The translations under genes and the position numbers were made by a program. Under the pieces are notes generated by a model. It had not been told where the DNA came from. It was given only the letters and a program-made list of their open reading frames with translations, and ran no database searches. From Takakia lepidozioides (taxonomy: Eukaryota; Plantae; Bryophyta), in contig CM060734.1 in NCBI GenBank assembly GCA_030704615.1, forward strand, positions 21,638,001 through 21,702,000: a stretch of 64,000 nt of DNA, in the 5' to 3' direction. Positions 62,608-64,000 of the stretch are shown piece after piece (position 1 is the first letter of the stretch; each line of letters opens with the position of its first letter).

Positions 62608-64000
62608 TTGTACTCATAAGGCGTTGTTTGCCGTAGCCTTGTGGCCATTGACCCCGCGCCCAGTTTGAGCGGGAACAAAAGGGACAGAACCTACCTCTGT
62701 CAGGGGCTGACGTTGGTAGTAAGACTTACCTCCATATAAAGAATCAATCCGGGTTTTCCAGATATCCTCTAGAAATCCCTTCACACAAGCATCAATCTGC
62801 TGTGTGTGATTTGCCCAAAAACTAGGCCACAGGAGGGCCTGGGCTTTTGGCTCAGCCTCGAGACTTTCAAAGTTGGTAAACAGGGGTACAGGCACAATTC
62901 CCTTAATAGATTTGAAGAGAGCGTCTCTTTGGTGAGAGAACCCCGGACAGTGTTGCTGTTCAAAGGTAGGCTTCCTGCCCTGAGTTTAAATTTCAGTCTA
63001 GTGCCGAGAGTGGGTAGACCCTTGAGGTCATCCAAGATGTCCTCCCCCATGTCACAGACTGGAAACAAGTTCAGGGAAGTTTTCTGCCTAACTTCATTTT
63101 CATCAGACAATCTCATGGCAACAGACATGGCTGAGGACACTACAGCCTCTAAGTCAGATTTATCCAGCAGGGTCAAGACTTGCGGATCCAGGTCCAGGTC
63201 CTTGAGGATCTCTTCTACTCTCTTCTGCCAGGACTTAGCCTGTTTGACAGGGCGGTCCTGTTTCCAAGATATAGAGTCGATTAATTTAGGATATCTGGTG
63301 TTGGGCATATGTTGCAGCTGACCCCACCATCTGACCTTGAATTCATCTCGTCGGGAGCTTAAGGACGGAATGCCAAACTCACCCCGAACAGCCACATTGG
63401 CTGTTTTGGAGCATGCTGACATACACTCCTTAAGCACCCCCACTTGAATGGATTCTAGAGACTTAGCCTGGTTGGAGTTATCAACCCATATAGCAGATCC
63501 GTACTCCAAGGCAGGTCTAATAACGCGGCAAAGCATGGTTTTCTTAACCTCAGAGTTGACCCCTCTGCAGTGGAAAAATTTAGTGAGCCCCAGAGCTTTG
63601 CCCTTGCCAGTTTGAACAACTTTCCGGATATGTGCATCCCAATTACAATTGGAGGAGAACTCAACGCCCAGGTAAGTGTAGGAAGGGAGGACCGGGATCT
63701 CTTGGCTACCCCACTGCCACTTAAGATCACTTCCTCCCTCTCCTCTGTCGTTGAATGCTACCACTGCACATTTGCTGACATTAGCCTCTAGCCCCCAAAG
63801 ATCAAAGTATCTCTTCGTGCAATCAATCAACTCCTGGAGATTGGTTGGAGTCTCCCCTATGCCTGCGAAGTCATCCGCAAACATAAGGGCTGGTATGGTG
63901 GTATCACCCACCCTTAACCCAAATCCATCACTTTCCACATCCTCTTCTCTGTCACCCTTCTTGTATAGATTGACAATGACCCCCTGTCGCCAGCGAAAGG
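62608..64000 (-). mobile_element. RTEX-like LINE copy 6, with two internal deletions, running off the window end
   Basis: Reverse complement of copy 2, lacking segments equivalent to 4567-5021 and 5991-6066; ends GAGTACAA at 62608. Confidence 0.95.

Overview
Repeat-rich nuclear DNA of a land plant, probably non-seed (intron-rich genes, PLS/DYW PPR genes, an inward-rectifier K+ channel). Host genes: the 3' part of a Kir/IRK-family K+ channel (1.2-8.0 kb, missed by the ORF track), a SEP/LHC-like fragment, a PPR fragment, a disrupted MRE11 (40.7-50.1 kb), a conserved 4-exon plant gene (55.1-57.1 kb) and a frameshifted PPR-DYW gene. Transposons: six near-identical pieces of a tail-less RTEX-like LINE (one a 57-bp in-frame insertion in the PPR-DYW exon), Ty3/gypsy debris, a T-tailed tRNA SINE, TIR elements and a decayed endonuclease-bearing Helitron (OTU-Rep-PIF1-EEP). 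The main novelty is at 11-28 kb. Three diverged, decayed copies of a spliced gene encode a beta-class (N6A/N4C-type) DNA amino-methyltransferase domain with a DIPD motif IV, and in the longest copy this lies downstream of a ParB/Srx-like domain (DGNHR). The copies share GGGGGATGCT..GTGAGCC-type termini, and two of them carry a dispersed ~28-bp palindrome. This suggests a mobile element family carrying a phage-like ParB-MTase module. All calls are from reading the sequence by eye; no database searches were run.
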